From Lama guanicoe (lineage: Eukaryota): 64,000 nucleotides of DNA. The translations under genes and the position numbers were made by a program. The stretch lies in assembly GCA_013239625.1 (NCBI GenBank), contig MU053561.1:3969992-4033991 (forward strand), in the 5' to 3' direction. Positions within the stretch are counted from its first letter, which is position 1, and every line of letters begins with the position of its first letter. Under the pieces are notes generated by a model. It was not told where the DNA came from, did no database searches, and was given only the letters and a program-made list of their open reading frames with translations. Below, in pieces: positions 61,701-64,000 of this stretch.

Positions 61701-63974
61701 AGATGTGTCACTGCCTCCTTTGCACGGCTGGCTGGAGAACTGGAGCAAACAGAAACATTGTTCAAAGTAACCGAAGAGAAAAGAATCTTGCGGTTTTATT
61801 TTTGGTGTCTCACCAAAGAGCTGTCTATTTCCAGCTGAATAATTCCACATTACTGAGAAGAATGCATCACTTTAAAACGGATTAGGAATGCAGCATGTGG
61901 TCACAGGCACAAAAGCCAAAAGGAACCAGGCACCACGGTGGAAAGAAGCTGCCCTGACCATCCCCACTCACTCTCTCATTCATTCTCCATATAGATTTTT
62001 TTAGGACCTACTACAGGCCAGGCACTGTACACAGCCCCAGAAAGATGTAAATTCAAAGGGCACAGCTTCTAAAGCACTCTCAGGGAGACAGACACGTGAA
62101 AGATTATACACAGCATGAGGAGAGGTGAGAAGGTTGTGCACAAACAGAAGACAAGGGAATGCACGCTGAGGGGTGGAGTGACTAGCTGTGCAGGTGGATG
62201 AGGCTCAGCTCTGTCCTCCAGGACCTTGCGGCCAGTGGCGGGACAGGCTGAAGTCACTGGGCTTAAAAAGAAGCCTGACAGGTCAAACAATGAGCTATGA
62301 GGTGATATGGATGGAGTCAGCTCTGAGAGTGAATAAGCAGCAATCTAAGTGAAGAAAACAACGTCCTTGGCCACAGAACATTGGAATGACTCAGAATTAA
62401 ATAAGTGTGTGATCACCTATTTAATCCTAATAACAACCCTGTGGAATAGTGTTTATTGCCTGCTTTTTATCAGTGAGGAAACCAGGGCTCAGAAAGATTA
62501 CATGACTTTTTTCTGCTAACAAGTAGCGGGGCCAGGAATCCAAACAAGGTTTGGATCCAGTGCAGAGTTCTTTTCATGGCACTGATTTAGTAGGAGAGAA
62601 CACACACACACTTCTGAAGTTGAGAATGAGAAGAGATGGCTTTTGGTTGGGACAATCTGAGAAGGCCTCAAGGAGGAGGTGGTGCCTGTGCCAGGCTGGA
62701 AAAATGGGCAGGGAGCAGAAATGACTGGAGCTGTGGGGAGAGAGATGGGAAGGGACAGAATTGAAAGTTTAGCACCCTTTCTAGGGGATGACTCTAACCC
62801 TACCAGGAAGATCTGGGAAGCTTTCCAGAGGAGGTGATATCTGATGTAGATGTGTAGGTGTGCATAGGAGCTCACTGGAAGCGAGCTCAAGAACACTCGT
62901 CTCCCAGCTAGTTAACCTGGGGGAGGTCACTGGTCAACAAGTACAGTGCAGTGCAGAGCCCCGTCTGGCACATGCTCAGGAAGGGGCTGCACAACCTTGT
63001 GGGGTCAGATGGGTTTATGCCATTTGGTCTCTTTTCATGAATGATCATATGGTTCTTTTTAATTAAAAAGAAACATTTAAGAATAAAAGAGAAAGTGGGC
63101 GAGGAAGGAAGGACGGAACGGTATTCTGGCTTAGTAAGGGGTCAGGTTTGGATTCTATTTCTGGTCTAGTTTTTGTTTGTAACTTTAGGCCTGTCAGTTA
63201 ATCTCCTGTGGATCGCTTTCCTTGCATTTCAAAGAGAGATGATAATCCTAACCTAACTCACAGACTAATGAGACACTAGAAGTAAACTCACTTGAAAAGT
63301 TGAAAAACCTCACCCACATAAAGAGGAACCATTATCAGTATCACATGTATATGCGGGAACTAGAGGCTGAATAGATGGACTGGCTAAGATGGTCCCAGAG
63401 CTATACACATTTTTTTTTTCTCCCCAAAATGATGCTTCATGGATTTTCAGTCACCAGATCTCAGAGCTAACCCAGTGCTGCTGGCTGAAGAGGGTGTGTT
63501 CAGTGCTGAGGCTTCAAGATAGGTCCCCAGCAGCCCTTCCCACTGCCCTCCCAGAGGAGTCAAGCCTCCGGGCAGGACACAGTGCTGGGAGAGGTGTCAA
63601 ACTCACCCCCTGGCCGTCTCAGTGCCAACACTACATGCATATACCTCCTGCCCACAGGCAGAGAACTCAAACAATTCTGTAAACAGCACTGCCAGGTCAT
63701 ACCACGTCACAGGGTAGAATTTCAGGGGCTCTGTTCCATCCCGTGTTTGGGATGCGCAGACATCTGGGTTGTCTGAGCCAGCTCTGTTTATGCCTGTCAT
63801 CCCAGTGTAACTGTTGTAGCATCGCCTTTCACTCTCAGAAGTGTCCCAGTTTGAATGGTCAATTCCAGGATCACCTTGCCCTTAGCCACCAGGGGCACCT
63901 CCTTGTCATCCTCTTAGAGATCAACTCTGAGGGACCCAGAAACTGCCTTTGTCCAACACTCAGCACTCCGTGGA

Positions 63975-64000
63975 ATAATCCTCGTTTCTGTTTCATTCCA
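63975..64000 (+). other. NGF: Polypyrimidine tract and near-complete 3' splice acceptor of the NGF coding exon
   Basis: The window ends ...taatcctcgtttctgtttcattcca; the expected continuation is g|GTGCATAGCGTAATG. The distance from exon 2 (~6.5 kb) fits. The final G and the exon itself are not visible. Confidence 0.75.

Larger units (their letters stand above)
13850..64000 (+). other. NGF: NGF gene, 5' portion (exon 1, intron 1, exon 2, last intron); the coding exon begins just beyond the window
   Basis: Exon 1 (AGAGAGCGCTGGGAGCCGGAGGGGAGCGCAGCG) and exon 2 (AGTCCTGGCC...GGCTGGATGGCATGCTGGACCCAAGCTCAGCTCAGCGTCCGG...CTGGCCACACCGAG) join into a sequence closely matching the human NGF 5'UTR as I recall it. 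Canonical GT-AG borders are present. Intron sizes (~43.5 kb, ~6.5 kb) fit the known mammalian NGF layout. Confidence 0.95.

Noticed and set aside
22273..62393. Scattered AP-1 consensus sites (22273, 28015, 28718, 41842, 55536, 62387)
   Set aside because: About 8 perfect 7-mers are expected by chance in 64 kb on both strands, so there is no clear enrichment.
13883..64000. Antisense lncRNA (human NGF-AS1) overlapping the locus
   Set aside because: Known in human, but I cannot place any exon or promoter for it from this sequence alone.

Overview
Mammalian genomic DNA, not prokaryotic. It is most likely a camelid or other non-ruminant cetartiodactyl, judged from the young L1 3'-end family and the absence of recognisable Alu, Bov-tA, PRE-1 or Can-SINE elements. 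The window holds the 5' part of the nerve growth factor gene (NGF) on the + strand: about 13.8 kb of upstream DNA, a CpG-island promoter with a short first exon (~13850-13882), a ~43.5 kb first intron, a 124-nt second exon (57421-57544) and a ~6.5 kb last intron. The window stops one base short of what looks like the splice acceptor of the prepro-NGF coding exon, so the canonical CDS is outside the window. The rest is interspersed repeats (L1, L2, MIR, MER20/MER5A/MER63 DNA transposons, MER21/MLT1/LTR16 LTRs) and microsatellites. Almost all ORFs in the supplied track are spurious or L1 remnants. The most interesting signals are: (1) the nominally non-coding exon 2 is stop-free in the NGF frame and carries two uORFs in the other two frames; (2) several candidate alternative first exons or start codons could give N-terminally extended proNGF; (3) a twin-primed, 5'-inverted L1 and near-identical young L1 tails lie in intron 1. 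Gene and repeat-family identifications rest on my recollection of the human/mouse NGF mRNA and repeat consensus sequences; no search was run.
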